Made by a program: the position numbers and the translations under genes. Positions 62,916 through 64,000 of a stretch of DNA of 64,000 nucleotides are shown piece after piece (position 1 is the first letter of the stretch; every line of letters begins with the position of its first letter). Location: assembly GCA_965246715.1 (NCBI GenBank), contig CBDFFH010000047.1, positions 64,001 to 128,000 of the forward strand, given 5' to 3'. A model generated the notes under the pieces. The model was given only the letters and a program-made list of their open reading frames with translations. It was not told the DNA's origin and made no database searches. The DNA comes from Chamaesiphon sp. (GTDB lineage Bacteria; Cyanobacteriota; Cyanobacteriia; Cyanobacteriales; Chamaesiphonaceae).

Positions 62916-64000
62916 ATGACAGTCAGAGTTCGCATTGCACCTAGCCCCACAGGTAACTTACACATCGGGACAGCCCGCACCGCTGTCTTCAACTGGTTAT
63001 TTGCCCGCCATCTAAGTGGTACATTCATTCTCCGGATTGAAGATACCGATACCGAACGATCGAAACCCGAATATACCCAAAATATCCTCGACGGCATGAA
63101 GTGGTTGGGCTTAAATTGGGATGAGGGGCCATTATTTCAATCCCAACGCCTGGAATTATATCGCCAGTCGATTCAGAAATTATTAGATAACGGTAGTGCT
63201 TATTGCTGCTACACCAGCACTGAAGAACTCGATGAACTTCGCGCCGCACAGGAAGCCAACAACCAAGCGCCACGCTACGACAATCGCCACCGCAATCTCA
63301 CTCCCGAACAAGAAGCAGCATTTATCGCCGAAGGTCGTCGTCCAGTGATTCGGTTTAAGATTGAAGACGATCGCGAAATTCATTGGCAAGATTTAGTTAG
63401 AGATAATGTCTCCTGGAAAGGTAGCGATTTAGGTGGGGATATGGTCATCTCCCGCGCCGCCGATGAAAATGATGTCGGACAACCGCTATACAATCTGGCG
63501 GTGGTCGTTGATGATATCGATATGAATATCACCCATGTCATTCGCGGTGAGGATCATATTGCCAATACTGCCAAGCAAATCTTGTTGTATGAAGGTTTGG
63601 GCGTGAAGGTACCAACATTCGCCCATACGCCCTTAATTTTGAGCGTAACCGGCAAGAAACTATCGAAACGCGATGGTGTAACCTCGATCGATGATTTCAA
63701 GCAAATGGGCTATCTCGCCCCAGCTTTGGTCAATTATATGACGCTACTGGGCTGGTCGGCTCCTGATGCCGAGGAGTTATTTACACTTGACGAAGCAGCG
63801 AAACAGTTTGATTTCGATCGCGTGAATAAAGCTGGTGCTAAGTTCGACTGGGATAAACTCAACTGGATTAACAGTCAGTATATCCATCCAATGCCCGCAG
63901 AACAACTGGTCGAGCTATTAATTCCCTATTGGCAGGATGCGGGATTTGAATTCGATCTCGAGAAAGATCGATCGTGGTTGCTCGCCCTTACTAATCTGAT
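62916..64000 (+). CDS. gltX: Glutamate-tRNA ligase, partial at the right edge
   Basis: Hand translation [39 protein letters not shown]. Confidence 0.97.
   Translation, partial: MTVRVRIAPSPTGNLHIGTARTAVFNWLFARHLSGTFILRIEDTDTERSKPEYTQNILDGMKWLGLNWDEGPLFQSQRLELYRQSIQKLLDNGSAYCCYTSTEELDELRAAQEANNQAPRYDNRHRNLTPEQEAAFIAEGRRPVIRFKIEDDREIHWQDLVRDNVSWKGSDLGGDMVISRAADENDVGQPLYNLAVVVDDIDMNITHVIRGEDHIANTAKQILLYEGLGVKVPTFAHTPLILSVTGKKLSKRDGVTSIDDFKQMGYLAPALVNYMTLLGWSAPDAEELFTLDEAAKQFDFDRVNKAGAKFDWDKLNWINSQYIHPMPAEQLVELLIPYWQDAGFEFDLEKDRSWLLALTNL

Overview
Core-genome region of a cyanobacterium. CGATCG/HIP1 sites and heptamer tandem repeats are dense, and the style suggests Chamaesiphon (inference). 3.5-21.2 kb is the ribosomal superoperon (rplC to rpmE, with secY, adk, infA, rpoA, truA). 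It is followed by prfA and a tandem prfA paralog that lacks the catalytic GGQ motif but shares a nearly identical 3' end. The rest holds cbiD, guaA, a polyamine dehydrogenase/decarboxylase pair, an HNH nuclease behind a leader ORF and hairpin, a three-bilin photosensory kinase cluster, photolyase, rpaA, larB, murD, nblS and gltX (partial). Best observations: (1) an intact IS110 (IS621-like) element inserted at the CT of a perfect REP palindrome, with target and donor guides readable in its non-coding end; (2) the GGQ-less release-factor paralog; (3) eight copies of a 47-51 nt structured micro-element inserted into repeats, MITEs and itself; (4) a probable 1-nt defect at the rplC start. All calls come from manual reading; no database search was run.
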